A DNA stretch of 61,525 nt, the filler included, from Sphacelaria rigidula (Eukaryota), in NCBI GenBank assembly GCA_964200075.2. It is 8 parts of 8 records of this genome, joined end to end, with 100 filler letters (N's around TTAATTAATTAA, not from the genome) between each part and the next. Parts side by side here need not be neighbours in the genome. Positions count along the whole stretch, not along the records: positions 30,814 to 38,416 come from CAXNAA020014139.1; positions 38,517 to 46,119 come from CAXNAA020014140.1; positions 46,220 to 53,822 come from CAXNAA020014141.1; 5 more parts are not named here. One strand, 5' to 3'. Positions 36,803-51,204 of this stretch are shown one piece after another (positions within the stretch are counted from its first letter, which is position 1; each line of letters starts with the position of its first letter). The notes below the pieces were generated by a model that was not told the origin of the DNA, ran no database searches, and saw only the letters and a list, made by a program, of their open reading frames with translations. The position numbers were made by a program, and so were the translations under genes.

Positions 36803-39800
36803 TAGAAAGGACATGAAAAGAGATGCACCGACAGCATATAAATAAAGTATTCGTTACCTGAACAAACTCGTCTCTTGAACTCGCAGTTCGTACAGGTGCA
36901 CCACTACGGTAGGTTCTGTTGGTTTCTGCGATAGCCCATCCCATTTCACTATGATTATTATTATTATTTTTTCCGCAAACCATACATAGATGTATTATAT
37001 CTGTGCTACTGTATCCCAGCCTTCGTGCAACCTGCCATAGAGTGGGTGCCCAGCCTCCGCCATTCACGTGTGATTTCAGGGAATCAATGAATAACAATGT
37101 CGATTTCCAGGGGGTCCTTCAGACTGGAATGCGTAACGAAGGGCCCAAGCCCCCCCCCTCCCCCAGAGGCGGTTGAGAATGAGGAAAATCGAAAAAATGA
37201 TGTCCAAAAACCTTATTTCTGTTTCTTAGCCAAAATACGGAATAAACGGTACCTTGACCCATGATGCTGGTCTGTACCCGAGCAGCCCAAAACCGAGGAG
37301 TTTGGGCATATATATCGGTTGTTCTAGCGGCCGCAGGAAAGAGAATTTGGCTGCTGGATGATGACTTTCAGTCAACGTGGCCGCTGGATAATGGCTGTGG
37401 GATACGAGTAGGAGTTATAGTAGTGAGGGCGCAATGCTTGAGAGGGCCGTGTAGTCAAGACGTGAACCCGATGGTGCTCTGTTCGTCCATCGAGGAAAGT
37501 GTACTACGAGTTGTATGTATTGCTGAGTGACACCAAAGGTATACACTACTACTACTACTACTACTACTGTGACTTGACTGCGTAATTCCAACCGGCATAA
37601 AATTGTTCTGACGGTACTTCCATGGTATTAAACAATCATCGTAGATAATTCGGGGATAATCACATGGTGCCCGCGTAGGCAGTGCCCGCGTTCGGACAGC
37701 TGTGTTGAAGATCAGTCTCTAAAGGCCGGCATACTGCACAGCGACACAGATAAGCATGACCCCACCCCTTCCCTCCCCCGTCATCAAAAAAGAAGTTTCC
37801 GGGAATCCGAGGCCCTGCCTAACGTATTCCAGTCTATAAGGCCCCTTGGTATTTCCCGTCATTCGCCTGGGGATATCTCACGGAAGAATGAGTACATCTT
37901 TCCACCCACAACATAATACCTTACAGCATAATAATAACAAAGATGGAAGGGTATACGATAAAGAGCTTCTCTTCTCAGTATCTTGCCCCGGGGCACTAGC
38001 GCTCCGAATGCTAGACATTAGACGCAAACAGCGTTACTTTCGCAATCATGATTTCAGATGGTCGTTTGAACTTTTGATTTCAAACTTGTGCGAGTCAGGG
38101 CCTGTCTTGGCACTTTTCTTTTCGATCGAAAAAATGAGGCGGTGGAATCGATCCGAGCGAAAAAATCTCGTGTTGATGCAGTTGGGTCCGGATGGATATT
38201 GTCTTTCCCTTGCTCAAAAAAATAAATCAACCATCCAACCATCCATCCTCAAACAATCTTTTATTTAAATTAATTAGTTATTCTCTTTTCATTCAGATCA
38301 TCTGAAAAATTTCAAGCTTTCGATCGAAAAAAGACAGTATATTCGTAAAACGGTACATGGTCTGTACTGTTTGCACTGCTTGCAAGTAAGGTATCTTGAG
38401 TGCGTGTGTGCGTGCTNNNNNNNNNNNNNNNNNNNNNNNNNNNNNNNNNNNNNNNNNNNNTTAATTAATTAANNNNNNNNNNNNNNNNNNNNNNNNNNNN
38501 NNNNNNNNNNNNNNNNCCCTCTCCCTGCGCCCCCCCTGTCGTAGTGTTAAAAAAAAAAAACAACCGCGGGCGGGGGGGGGGGGGGGGGGGGGGGTACATA
38601 GGGTCTCGGAGTTTTTTTAGGGGCACTCTCGCCCCAATTCGTAAAATCCCGCGTTTCATTGGGATGCTAGTCGTGGCGTGCGGTCAACACTTCAAAAGTC
38701 GTGTCCTACATGAGATGGAGGTTCCCAACATTCGAACGTCGGAAAACATTCGTGCACCCCTACCGTGGCACTACTAGTACCTTTCTCGACTTTCCCTCAG
38801 CGAGTGTTTGCGTTTCGCTTACTTTCGGTATATACGTCAATCATGTGGCCACGGACGGCTAGATCTCCCTTCGCTGTCAACTTATTATCTTGGGCAATCA
38901 GTCGAATCAATCAATCACGCCCCAACAGTCATCACGTGGTTGTATAGGACCCGGTCCCAGAAAAAAAGCGAGTTCCTTCGCCGCTACTGCTTATCTCGTG
39001 ACAGCAACCGAGTTGATACAGGATACCAAACACACCAGGAACACACGAGAACGCCGTGAACCGAATTTTGCAGCCATCTCTTGCTGCGAAACCGTGCCCA
39101 TGCTCAACACGGGATTTCACAGATTGAGGGCGGATTTTGTTTTGGGGGGGGGGGGGGGGTGAACCTTGGGAACCTCCATGAGAACCATCGAAATATTTTC
39201 GAAATACGATGAAAATGCACTCTCCGGCCGTAATGTATGGGCTCGCTCATTCTCGAAAGAATCCGTCCACGATTAGTGAAATCCCGTGTTCACACCGTAC
39301 AGTGTCGACCTCCGTTCATTTCCCGTACAAGAAAAAAATGTCCTAATTTTCAGAATGTCGTGTTAACACGGGATTTAGCAAATTATGGGTGCGTTTTTTT
39401 TCTACAGTATAGTATGAGCGAGGCCACATGTCACGGCCGGATAGTGCATTCGCCTTTTTTTTTCTTTCGAAAATATTTCGATGCTTATGAAGGTTGTCAA
39501 GGTGTATCTTCAACGAAAAATCCATCCTCAATTTGTCAGAATCCCGTGTAATTTTGTATACATCGGCCATGAGAGATGAACCGAACATGGGACCGACTGT
39601 GCCTACACTATTCGTGATATATTTGGTGTTCGGCACATACACACACACACACGATCCTGACTAATTGTGATCCAATTTCGGAGACGGGCACCTGAAGGCA
39701 TTGGAGGGGCATGAAAAATGGTGTGCGTAGGTACCTAATTTCCTTCTATTTCTTGATGGAGTTGCATGTCCCGGTGGAATGGACTCGCCCGATAGGCACC

Positions 39801-42638
39801 CGAAGCTATGTTCTCTACTTATTTCCCCTCCTTCAGTTTCAAGTTTTCTAGCATGAACTCTTCGCACACGTACGCGTTGGTACGCATGCATCAGAATTTC
39901 TTCTTAATTTCCCCTTGTGGGAATGGGTCATCAGCATCCTATGAAGTGGATAATAACCAAATAGTGCCAAAAACGCTCAACTCTAGATTCTCGCGATCGA
40001 TCCTAAAGACAAACTGAAGAGGCAGAATTTGACTCCAGGACGGCTGTTCATACTACAGTAGTATACATATAATACAACATGTACTCAAGGTTGCGTGTGT
40101 ATGCATCACTTCCTGAGCTCCAGGGGGGGGGGACTTCGTGGAGGAGTCAATACCGGAAAAAGTCTACTCCCGAGAAAGGGGCTTTGCGGCATCACAGAGC
40201 CTGTTCCTTAGGCTGACGTTCATCACGAACTTCCCCAGAAAGAAATAGTTTTCAGTCATGACGGGACCCCATGTGGACAAAAATGCGTCAGATGGGAGGG
40301 GGGGGAGGGAGGTGCAATTTCATAGTGCCGGCACTACACCGTGTCCCAGTGCAGTATGCATTGTCAAGAAAAATGGGGATGAAAATATTCCCAACTTTTG
40401 TAAACTGCTGTGTTTTTGCAGCTGAATCAGGGGATTTTTGTAACTTTTTCGAGCTTGGCGATTTTCAGTGGTTTTTTCGCGTGCCACCGCTCATCACAGT
40501 GAACGCTTGATGTCATGTGTGGTGATCGGGAGATACCAGGCATCCGCTCCGCGTTTCGAAATTGCAGTCAGCTTCGTGCTCCGTGTTGAACGACTGACTT
40601 TACAGGCTGGATTGACAGGGAGTGTGCTATTGACCATTTTTGGTTCAACACACATTTATTTTCGGCTCTAACGCCATAAATAGGTGAAAATAAAAAATTG
40701 AGGGTCTGTAAAATTTTCAGGAGAGGGATCGGTTCACGCCCCCCCCCTGTGCTAGCTATGTAAAGCTCGGTTGGGTAATTTTCGTAGCTGGGTATTTTTC
40801 TGAGTTTTCTCGTGTAGTATTTTTCCTTAGCACTCGAAAGTCCCACGAGTGGCCTCGATAGATGTTGGGGAAAGAAGCAGGCGATGCTTAGGACACAATC
40901 CTCAAGTTGGTGTTGTCGGGGCGGTACGGAGTAAGGACCTCGCTTATCAGGGGGTGTTATCGATCGTCACTGGTCCAAAAATATAAAAATTTCGACTGTA
41001 GCGCAGTGAATAGGTAAAAACTAAAGAATATAATATTTACATTTGTTGACGAGAGTGATTGATCAGGATTGTATTAATCAAGCAAAAATACCCGAGGTTC
41101 AGAAGCTGGGGCTGAGTAGTCGCAGGACCCCGAAAACCGGTCAGCCCGAGAGTCGTTCAACATTGAGTGCAGATATGATTTTTTGTTTCGAAAGATCGAG
41201 CAGATGCCTACTTAAGGATCTCCCGATCCCTACACTTTGAGATCAAACGTTCACTGGGATGAGCAGTGGCACGCGAAAAAATGATCCAAAATCGCCGACG
41301 GTGAAAAATTTATAAAAATGCCCTGATTTAGCTGGAAACTACTTTGTGAAGGAAAGACGAGGTCTGATCTTTGAGACGCAGACATCAGTTGGTTTGCAGC
41401 AACGAAAATAGATGAACGCGGGTCAGAGAAGTCCACGTCAAACTTATTGCGCTGGAAAAATGGAGTTTTTTCACGAATGGTTCGCACGGTATGTGCGGAA
41501 CATGTGCCCCACCAACACATTAGACTTGTGACAAGAATAAACAGCTGCGTATACAGCATAATGAACGTTTGCCATGGTAGGCTTCCTTGTTGGTTTGTTG
41601 TTGAGCGACCTCTCTGAGGACAAGCTTGGTCGATGAAAGTACAAAGCACACCAATGCCCTACAGATAGACGGTGACAAGAGCTTTCCACGGCCTTTCGCG
41701 GCCTGCCGACAGTCACAGCAAGCATATATGGCACATTCCACCCCGTCCAACCAAAACTGGCTCCCAGTGGGCGGCAGGATTGACAACAAAGAGACAAACA
41801 AAAGTATGTACGTACCATACACTCACAGTGCCATGCACCAGCCAGGCGTGAACTAGCAAGACACAAATCGATGCGCGCCCGTCGTGTGTATTACTCATGC
41901 CTTGTTGGGAATATCACTAAAACCTTCACGGATACAACCATACAATTTAATGACACCACTTGAAATCGCAAACGGGGTCCTCTACAAGGACCACGAAGCG
42001 CAAAAGACGCATCTGGTGTTCACATCATCTCAACAAAGGCATCAGAGCAAACACAAGCTCAATGGAGACTGTCCACGTGATCATGTCCATCCCGTAGCTT
42101 CCACGGACACAAGGACAACCAAATGCTGCAGGTAGCAACGACAACAACAACAACAGTAAAAAAGAATATTCCTGAGTCGTGGAAACACCCCATACCTACT
42201 TGACACTTTTTGTGGTCCTTTCATTTAAAGTTTTCCTTCCGGGAGTTGAATGCTCTCATCGTGGAGCATTTGTGTTCTATAATTTTCTTCCTTCACCCTC
42301 CCCCCGTGCCTCAAGTATACATTCGTTGAGCATAAAAAAACACATGATTCAGTATATCTCCATCAATATATCCTACCAAACCTGCGAGAAATGAACCAAA
42401 GCAGGGAGCGCACCAATTCCCGTGCCTGTGATTTCTCGGAATCATTTATTGCAGTCCATGCATAATACACAGCCGTAACATAAATGATCACTTCATAGTC
42501 ACACCAACTGGCATCAACCGATCGGAACGCAGCAATACCCCGTTGAAAGCGTACATGAAAATCATGCTCCATGAGAACCTACTCGCGCTCATTAATTCGT
42601 TGAGTGTACCCGTTATCCTACAGTCGTTTTACACAGTC

Positions 42639-45600
42639 TTAAGAACTCTCCTCGTCGCTCTCTTCGGCACCGACCATGAGGTCTACTGCGTACTCCTGAT
42701 CGCACCCGACGTAGCTGTCGCACATTAAGAACAGTTCTAGCTTGTGCTCCCCCGCCTGATTACGACGAGAGAGTAAAACGAAAAAAGAGAGAATAAGGCG
42801 AGGAGAAAAAAGGAAATATGAGCACGGGACGGCGGGGCACGTGGATTGATTCATCATCATGCGACAAGAATAACGTCTTGCAGCTAGCACGCATTAAGGT
42901 GCGCAGTTAAATGAAAAAAATAAACGGGCATTCATGTTTTGTGTTGTTCACTATTCATCAACAGCGGCGTAATGGAGAAATAGAAACTGATGCAGGCCCG
43001 TCGTGTGGTTCCTCAATCATCTCAATCACCCACGTGAGCCTGGTCCGGCGAAAACCCGGCGTGCTCCGTTCTGACCTTGTAGAGATGCGAGGTCAATGAT
43101 CATATCGCTATGGCATGCAATACCATGAGTACCCCCCCCCTGTGCGCGCGCGCTCCATCTTTCTTCGGACGCAGATCGCGAACATTGGCTTCGACAAATT
43201 TAATACGGCTCCGGTGAGCTGAGAAAACGCAGGCATGCATTACACTGGATACATCGTCGGACAGCTAAGACGCCGGTCACTGATCAAGCGATGACTCCTC
43301 GGGGATCCAACCGTGGTGACAATTCGGGTCTGCTCGAATCAAAGAAAAACTTGACCTATAGTCAAACAATCAACCAATGAATCAAACAACCGATCAACCC
43401 AGTCCATTCATTGGCCACAAGAGAAAATAATAACAAAAAAACAAGAAAAGAAGAAAAATAGACGTACCTCATCTGGCGCCTGGAACTCCAGCCTCGCCCT
43501 CGTTCGACGTGCCAGCGATACCCTCTTAATGGCCAACAACGTGTTCTTTTTCTTTTCGCCGACCACGACCCACCACGCCTCTGTCTTAGACTTCGGATAC
43601 AGTGGAGCATACACCTGGTAGCCATGTCGTACCCAGTCACGCATGATAAAAATAGCAACCAACCAAAAAGGGGGGCAAGGGGCATTTGCTCCACTGATGA
43701 GAGCGCCTGATGCTGCTGCAGAAGCAAGTTTTCGAAAACATTGAATTTCGGAGTAAAACTTGCGGTATGTATGCTCAGGGACTAAACCGTTGTCAAGAAG
43801 ATGACAGAAGAAGGTGCAATTTAGTTGAGAGGGGGGGAGGGCGGGGGGTAACAACAGAGGAACTCGTCAAATTTTGAAGGTCTACAGCTTTGCCATGGAC
43901 AGTAACCATGCCGGAACGTTGGTCGATACCGTACGGGTTTTACCGTCAACATGATGGTATCATGAAAGGGCCACGGGGAAAAGAAGTCCAAAGACCACGC
44001 TGAAGTGCAAGCGCCCAAGAGGACCCCGCTTGAAGCTGGACGACCGCATTACGAGCTGGGTCGGCCTAGCCGCGGACTTCAGCTCTTGAAGCAAGATCTC
44101 ATCGACACAATCGAGTTGGGCCGTGATCCGCATATCGAATCAATCGTTTGATCAAGGGGAAGGTGCCCATCTGCTCAAAAGTCTGGGCCCATTTTTTTCT
44201 CGTAGATCAAACTTCATGTCCACAGTAGTGGGCGGTCCAACTATTCATTTTATGGCATTTTGTGATTTTTTCGTAATGTGCGATTTTCTCGGACTCTTTT
44301 CGCTTGCCATCGCTAATCACATCGGGGATCTGAAGATATGTGTATTTGCTCCGCATTTCAAGAAGAAAAAACCATCTGTACCCAACATTGAGTGACTTAC
44401 GAGCTGACCGGTCATCGGGGGTTTTGCCACGTTTTAGCCCAGATTCCTACTCTTGTGTATTCTCGGTCGATCGAGTCTGTCCCGATCATATTTGTCAAGA
44501 AGTGTATAGTTTTACTTTGCCGAAATTCTGCCTACTCATTGCACTAGGGCCGAAAAACTGTGTTTCACGGTCAATAACACCCTCCTGATAAACGGGGCAT
44601 TTACTCGTTTCGGCCGACAACACCAACTGGCACTGCCTTGGGCACTATGTTCCGAGGATGGTCTGTTCATTGTACCAAAATCTACCGACGCTAGCAATTT
44701 CTAGTTCTATCGAAGAGGAGTACGCGAGGAAATGCCTGAAACACCTCTAAATACTGTAGTAATTCTTACACCGCACGGAGATGGCGTCTATACAAAAGTC
44801 TACATCAAACCCCGAACGATACCCTCACCTTCGCCTAGTTCGTTATCTATCTCGAGATATGGCGCACATGAGGTTCTATAATTTACTAAAATCACTTCAT
44901 TACGAGCAGAGGCAGTAAATGCACCAAATCTGGATATCGCGTGCTAGTGTTCGAGAGTTGTGCTTTGAAATTCCGTTTGGCGAGTCACTAGTGCATAATA
45001 ATATGAATAAAAATCGGCTTTCGTTTTTTTCGATTTTTTAGAGCAGATCAAAGGGAAAATGGACAACGCTCTCGGACGGGAGTTCAATTATTCAACTCAA
45101 TTTAATAAAATCGTGATTTGAATCTCATGATGGAGAATCGTAAAGGTATGCTGTAGAAAAAAAATGGGCCTGCATTTTTTGCGGGGGGGGGGGGGAATGG
45201 GGGTTGTCGTGAGAATATGGTCTTTACTGTGCTAAAACGTCCTAGAAGAGTGAAGAAAAAAATCAACATGTCCCACTTTTCTGGTTCACTTATGACCTAG
45301 CGAGGTCCCACATGAAATTTCAAAACCCAAGTACCAAACCTGGGCCGGGTAAATGGCCTGCAACATACTGTTCCGAATTTCGCCGGCCCGATTTCGGAAA
45401 CGATCCGTCTAGGCTCAATTTCGAGAGTTGGACTTTCAAATTTGGTGGGGAGAAAGAATAAGGCATAATAAACTAGATTTCGGTACCCAAAGTTTTTTTG
45501 TTTGATGAGTTAGTGACGATGATCAAACCTCGTATTTCGGGAAAATGGTCAAACTCTCAAACTTGAGCCTAGATGGGGTCTGCAAACCACACATTCGCGT

Positions 45601-45996
45601 CTTGGCCGGCTCAGCTCATATTTTTTTGCTTTGCTGTGACCGAGGCGGGATTCGGACTCACGGGTTTTTTATTCCGTGGAGGATGACCCCATCTGCAACA
45701 AGATTGTGAAAAAAGTCTTCCTAATGGCAATCCCCTTCTGTAACCATCCTCCACGATACACAACATGCAGAAATCGAGAGAAATGAAAATCAAGTACCGA
45801 AAAGTGCACCAAACGTAGTACTGATGCTGACCTTGCCCCAGCCACCCTCCGGCTCGTCTTCGTCTTCCTCGCCTTCCCTCTCCAACGTCACAACCAACGT
45901 GACAGCGTCGCCAGCAGTGACCTCGTCAGAATCAAGTACCTCAAACTCCATTTCCACGTTGGGGAACAAGTTGCAGAAATTTGCCACGTCTGCCAT
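42639..45996 (-). CDS. BRR2: U5 snRNP 200-kDa helicase (Brr2), C-terminal Sec63 region, last three exons
   Basis: Exons 45996-45832, 43614-43468 and 42755-42639, all phase 0. MADVANFCNLFPNVE...VVTLERE, VYAPLYPKSKTEAWWVVVG...LLAIKRV and LFLMCDSYVGCDQEY are diagnostic SNRNP200 motifs. Confidence 0.93.
43015..43140 (+). mobile_element. Repeat family A, 3' fragment with C-tail (BRR2 intron)
   Basis: GGCGAAAACCCGGCGTGCTCCG...CATGAGTACCCCCCCCC. Confidence 0.75.
44050..45580. repeat. Dispersed repeat family D (in BRR2 intron)
   Basis: Blocks colinear with 54995-55900 and 15030-15300. Confidence 0.7.
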
Positions 45997-46035
45997 CTGC
46001 ATGTTAGGGTCCAGATAGGCAGGGTGCGGGGCGGT

Positions 46036-46069
<34 letters not shown>

Positions 46070-47695
46070 CAGGGGGGGGTGTACTCATGATCATGCATGC
46101 CATAGTCATTGGACCATTGNNNNNNNNNNNNNNNNNNNNNNNNNNNNNNNNNNNNNNNNNNNNTTAATTAATTAANNNNNNNNNNNNNNNNNNNNNNNNN
46201 NNNNNNNNNNNNNNNNNNNTACGCCCCCCCCCCCCAACAAAAAAAAGTGCATGGTTTTGGGAGGCAAAATCTTCACGTGAATCGAAATGGAATAAGCCGA
46301 GCACAACAAGCAGCTGGCAATTCCCACGCTTGGGTTTGTCCTCGCCAATGTCGCCAGTATGAGGCGCTTCATGCAGCCTGAACCCAAAGATCAGCCGCTG
46401 TATGTTCATTTTTTACGTGACACTTTCGGGCTGGTTTTGGGGGGGGGGCTATCGTAGAAAGTGTCAGGTATAGGCTTTGTAGAATAGAAGGACTTGGATA
46501 TCACGATAAGTTTTCTCGCCACAAACAGGTAGACGGTAGTTTCTGTGAAGCTTATCACGGAAGTCCAGACGTTCCAACGTGATACCGCCTGAACCTATTT
46601 GTCGCCGAAAATTGCCCAGGTATACCTGAGTCTACCGTTTGCCCGTCTACGCGTATCGGGGTAATTCGGGGGTAAGAACCCGTCTTGCGGGTTGTCATCT
46701 AATACTCGTGTTCGGGTCCAAAAACACTTTTTTCGGCTGCAGCGCGATGAACAGCTGGAGTTGAAAAAGAAGTAAGACGCGGCATTGTTGACCATAACAG
46801 CATCGCCCTGACAGCACGAATCGGATCCATCCCGCGGGCTTGTCGAAAGAGTCAAAACCTGAGGCATGGTGCTCGTGCACTGCAGAGTTAAAAAAAAGCG
46901 ACAAAACCTTCTAGAATAGTGAACCGTGACGTTGTGTTGGCTGAATGAATTTTGCGAAGGTCCATATTATAATTGACTACCGCGCCTTCTTGTACCCCAT
47001 GTTGCCTGATTGCCGTTTACATTCCTTTCCCACCGCCCCCCTCTCCCCCTTTTTCTTCCAAATGCAGAGCATCGTCATTTACTGCGCACACCCTGGTGAA
47101 AGCACTCGAGAACATATGGCTCCGGCTACGTTCTCCTCCCGGCGGTACGGCCTCACAGGTGCAGTGGCGGACCCCACCTGTGGTTCTCGCGGACCCTGTT
47201 GTTGCTGTTGTGTTGTTGTTGTCTTCACATTAAAAACCGTTCCGATGTCTGCGCGGTACATTCGTACTGGGCATCTGATGCGGACGGACGCCTTCCGTGG
47301 TCACAGGCTAGCAAAAAACAAAAAACACAAAATAGACTCAGATGAAAAACTCACAAAACGCGATACAAGCAAAACCAGGAATAGATAATAAAGAAGAAAG
47401 AGAGTACATATGGCTAACCTCAGAAGATCCGGTGACGCAGGTGGCCTTTCGGACTTCAGGGGGTGGCACCCGGCTTTCCAACTCTCCCCAAATTGATGGT
47501 GAAAAATCAGGTCTTTCGCGGACCGTTAGGCTAAACCTTTCCCCGAACTCCAAACCGAGGCAGGCCGAGAGCCCTCGGGCAAGGGGGATGTATGCGGTGC
47601 CCTTGGTAAGGCGAGTGTTGGCAGAGATATGCGGTCGTGCCGAGCTCACTGGGCGAGCCCTCGGGATGCTGAGCCCTATAAAGATCTGATATGAT

Positions 47696-47744
<49 letters not shown>

Positions 47745-49179
47745 TATTTTGAACCTCCCCCCTTCCCCGGGACGAGTCCACGGTCTCATGGGATCAATTC
47801 GTCTCTCCGCGGTATACGCCTTGCGTTTTGATCTCGCAGAGCGGGTCAGCACTCCCGCACCGCGTCAGCTCACGTCAAGCAAACTCAGTCAACTGCTTTG
47901 TTCACTCGCGCGCGTTCTCACGCTTTCCACGGTGGAAATCAGATACCACGAAGAAAAAACACAACGCAGCGGGCCTACACGAAATAATAGTACTTTTTCA
48001 AGAATGGATGTGGGCATCAGGGCTGGCGCACACGCGGACTGGAGGATGATGCACACACAAACTACAGTAGAGTATGACACACACAAACTAGAGTATGGCA
48101 CGCAGACAGGATTGCGAAACACATACACACTGCTCGTGCTCTTGTGTGTACCGTGCTGTGGCCAACATGCGTTGCGTTCGTTCAGTGCAGCAGTTCCTGG
48201 GCAAGAACAACGAATTGTGTTGAAAACGAGGGAGGACGGTATTATTCAAAATCTTGACCGGTCTTCTTGTTCATTTTTCCCGCGCTGTTTTTCATTCACG
48301 ACTTGAAGGGGAAACATGGATAGAAAACGGTAGTTGGTCCACGTCTGGGATCGACTGATTGATCAATCGCCTTTGATTTCTTTCGACTGCTTTCTGATAC
48401 CTTTGCTGTCGCTTCCACAGTATACGACCCTTCGGAGTCCGGGAGACCGATTGAACATACTGTCCCCACAACGTCGAGAAAACTGTGTTTTTGAGTTGTG
48501 GATCGTAGATACCATATGGGGCATATCATGTCGATATCAAACCCAACCTCAACTTTGCGTATAAGGAGGCGCCTGGACTATTGGCAAATATCACGTTTGT
48601 CGGAAGACCTCGAAGAGATAATAAACTTTGCGGGAAAATTATTTGTTTAGCGTTCATCCTGTTCCTCATGCACAGATATTCGTGAACTCTCTCTCCGGGC
48701 GTCCAATATACTGAACACTAACGTTTTGTACAAACCAGTTTCAAAGCTTCATATTTATAATTCCCCCAGAAAGAAACAGATACCTTGAGATGGGCAATAG
48801 GAGACATTGGTTTTGAAATATCAGATATTTGAGAGAGAAAATTGGCTTGTGGCAAACGCTGATGGTCAGTGGGTTGGGAGCCAGAGTAGACGGCACCCTC
48901 GTTCGGAACAAATCACATATTTGAAGTGAAACGTCTGTTGTAAGAGACGTTAGTGCCAAAGCACCGGGATCACTACCAGCTAACCGTGTAGGAGAAAATA
49001 TGAAAGGATGGACGTGTGTCATTTTGCGTAACCACTCCATCTTGTTCGTCGAGACACTCCCGTGTGGTGTCCATGTGGCCCCCGCAATTTATTGGAAATC
49101 GAGGTTGTTTTTCGGGTCTCTGTGGTATACCTCGAGGATTTACAGCGTGGGTTGTATCCACTGTTGTCACACACCCCAT

Positions 49180-49657
49180 GCTCTGTCTCGAAAGGGATGC
49201 GTGATCGATGGTCAAACGACTAAGGCGAGCAGCAAATGAGTACGCTTCCCCCCCCCCCCGCGACCGCTGACGACTCTCCCGAGTCTGCGCTCTGCTGCTG
49301 GGAGCAGCGGCAGTTCACATGCTAGAGGGCTATCCTGCGGTGAGAGAAGGGGGAGACGGGTACCTTTTTGTTGTTTTGCACTACTATACTATACTGTGCT
49401 GGGGACTATTTCCAACTCCACCACGACAGCGCTTGCATGTATGATCCATGAGCTTCTAGCACAAGCTCAACTGTAACTTCTATCGCCCCTTCCCCCCCCC
49501 CCCCAATCGCCCGCCCCTGCTGCCGAGCACACCGCGGCGCTTCGCGCGTGATGATCCGGTGAAAACCCGGCGTGGTCCGTCCCAGCTTTGTAGGGATGCG
49601 AGGTCAATGGTTAGATGACTATGGCATGCAAGATCATGAGTACACCCCCCCCCCCCC
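49180..49657 (+). mobile_element. Family B 3' fragment (49180-49259) and family A 3' fragment (49555-49657), each with a C-tail
   Basis: B fragment reads SRKGCVIDGQTTKASSK* then GTACG and a C-run. A fragment ends GATCATGAGTACA and a C-run. Confidence 0.75.
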
Positions 49658-50544
49658 TGCCCTGCTGCCGCCAGAGACTGTGATGTAAACCCTGGTTCGT
49701 TTCGCTAGTTTCTTACCTAGCTAGCCCCTTATCCTACATAGGGCAGGTTTTTGCCTGAAAGAACGGGGTTTATGAGTATGATGCACAACGGCACTTTTTT
49801 TTGTTGATGTATGTTAGCGGGGTAAGGCGTCCCCAAGCTGCCGACATGGATGCTATGTCGTTGAACATCGATAACACGAAAATCAGAATTAACCGTGTGC
49901 GATATGGGACTGCAGACGTGAACGGTATCAAATCGGCTTTCGATATCGCGGGACCTCGGCAAGAACCAACATACTCCCGAACTCTGAAAAGATGAACATA
50001 TTTGTTCGAAAGGCGGTGCGCAAAGCTTGCACAATAAAAGGCGCGTATCGAGATATTCCGAGACGCAACTGAGATTCAAGCGTGTATGTGCCATTCCGGG
50101 GTATGCAGCGCCGCGTACAGATAGCCGCGGTAGAAAACGCACACGTCCACATCAAGCCTGATGCTCCGCTACAGTACAAGGTTGTTTGAACGAAACTCTT
50201 TGGTTCCGTATTTTCCGAGCATCAACAGTACGTGCGTCTCCCCTGCTCAAAAAGTCAGTTATGGCACCGTTTGTGCGCTGTGAGGGTTTTGAAAAACGGT
50301 CATTGCAGTCTGATTCCTCGGCATACTGGAAGGTAGAACGGGAAAATCATGCGTGGTGACGTGAAAACTATCGCGAGAGCTATCGAGCTGTGTCTGGATT
50401 GGTGTGCACCTCTATTGGTCAGCGGTAGTGAACCCCTTGGGTCGGCTGTGGTTTGTGAGCTGCCGCGTTACTGATGATCGCCATGTACCCAAATCTCACT
50501 CACATGTCCAAAGCATTTTCGCTTCTGGTGCTGAGCCTGAATCT

Positions 50545-50605
50545 GAAAATCGAAGTCGAAGTCGAAATCGAAATCGAAATCGAGGAATCGGAAGCGGAAT
50601 CGAAT
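50545..50605. repeat. (CGAAAT/CGAAGT)n hexamer microsatellite
   Basis: About 9 imperfect units visible. Confidence 0.85.
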
Positions 50606-51015
50606 TGCTTGGCCAAGACAAGCAGTCACGTACTCTTTTCTACTCATGTACCTCAAGCGACGTCCAAAAGTAATTACTATTGGGCAATATCATGGTGGAA
50701 ACTTTCACCCCGCTCCTACCGTCGGGTGGCTGGAAACAGGTACGCATGGTGCGTCTGAACGCTGCCTACACCCTCAGTTTGTGCTCAGGTAGGTTAGATG
50801 ATAGTGACGCAAACTAAGGGTCAAAGCAGTATCTCAGGGGAGAGGGTTGTTGATGCCGCCGTACGTCCTGCATCGTTTGTCTGAGAGGCGTATCTAATGA
50901 TTTATACATGTGGTTGCTGCATCGTGTAGGCTTCAAATTCACGGTGAGGCTGGGGACTAAACTGTACCGAATATTCTTGGCGTTTTACATCTCCCCCCCG
51001 CCCCCCGTACAACAG

Positions 51016-51204
51016 GGGAGCGAAGGATCGGCAGCGTCAGTGTCTGTGTCCGCTACGTCTGGATCATCGTTCACTAACCAAGACGCGAACTCGCCGACAA
51101 AGAGCCGCAGACGATCGGCAGCAAGCCTGAGCCAGCAGGAGAAGGTCGTGAGGAAAACGCAGTCATGGGTATGCGACATTCTCAAGCAAGCGTTCGCTAC
51201 TAAG
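51016..51204 (+). CDS. Isolated internal exon of an unidentified gene
   Basis: ACAACAG acceptor, 63 codons (GSEGSAAS...QQEKVVRKTQSWVCDILKQAFATK), AAG|GTGATT donor, phase 0 at both ends. Confidence 0.5.

Noticed and set aside
13516..45996. Apparent cluster of nuclear RNA/DNA-processing genes (DDB1, ZGPAT, BRR2)
   Set aside because: They lie on different artificially joined contigs.
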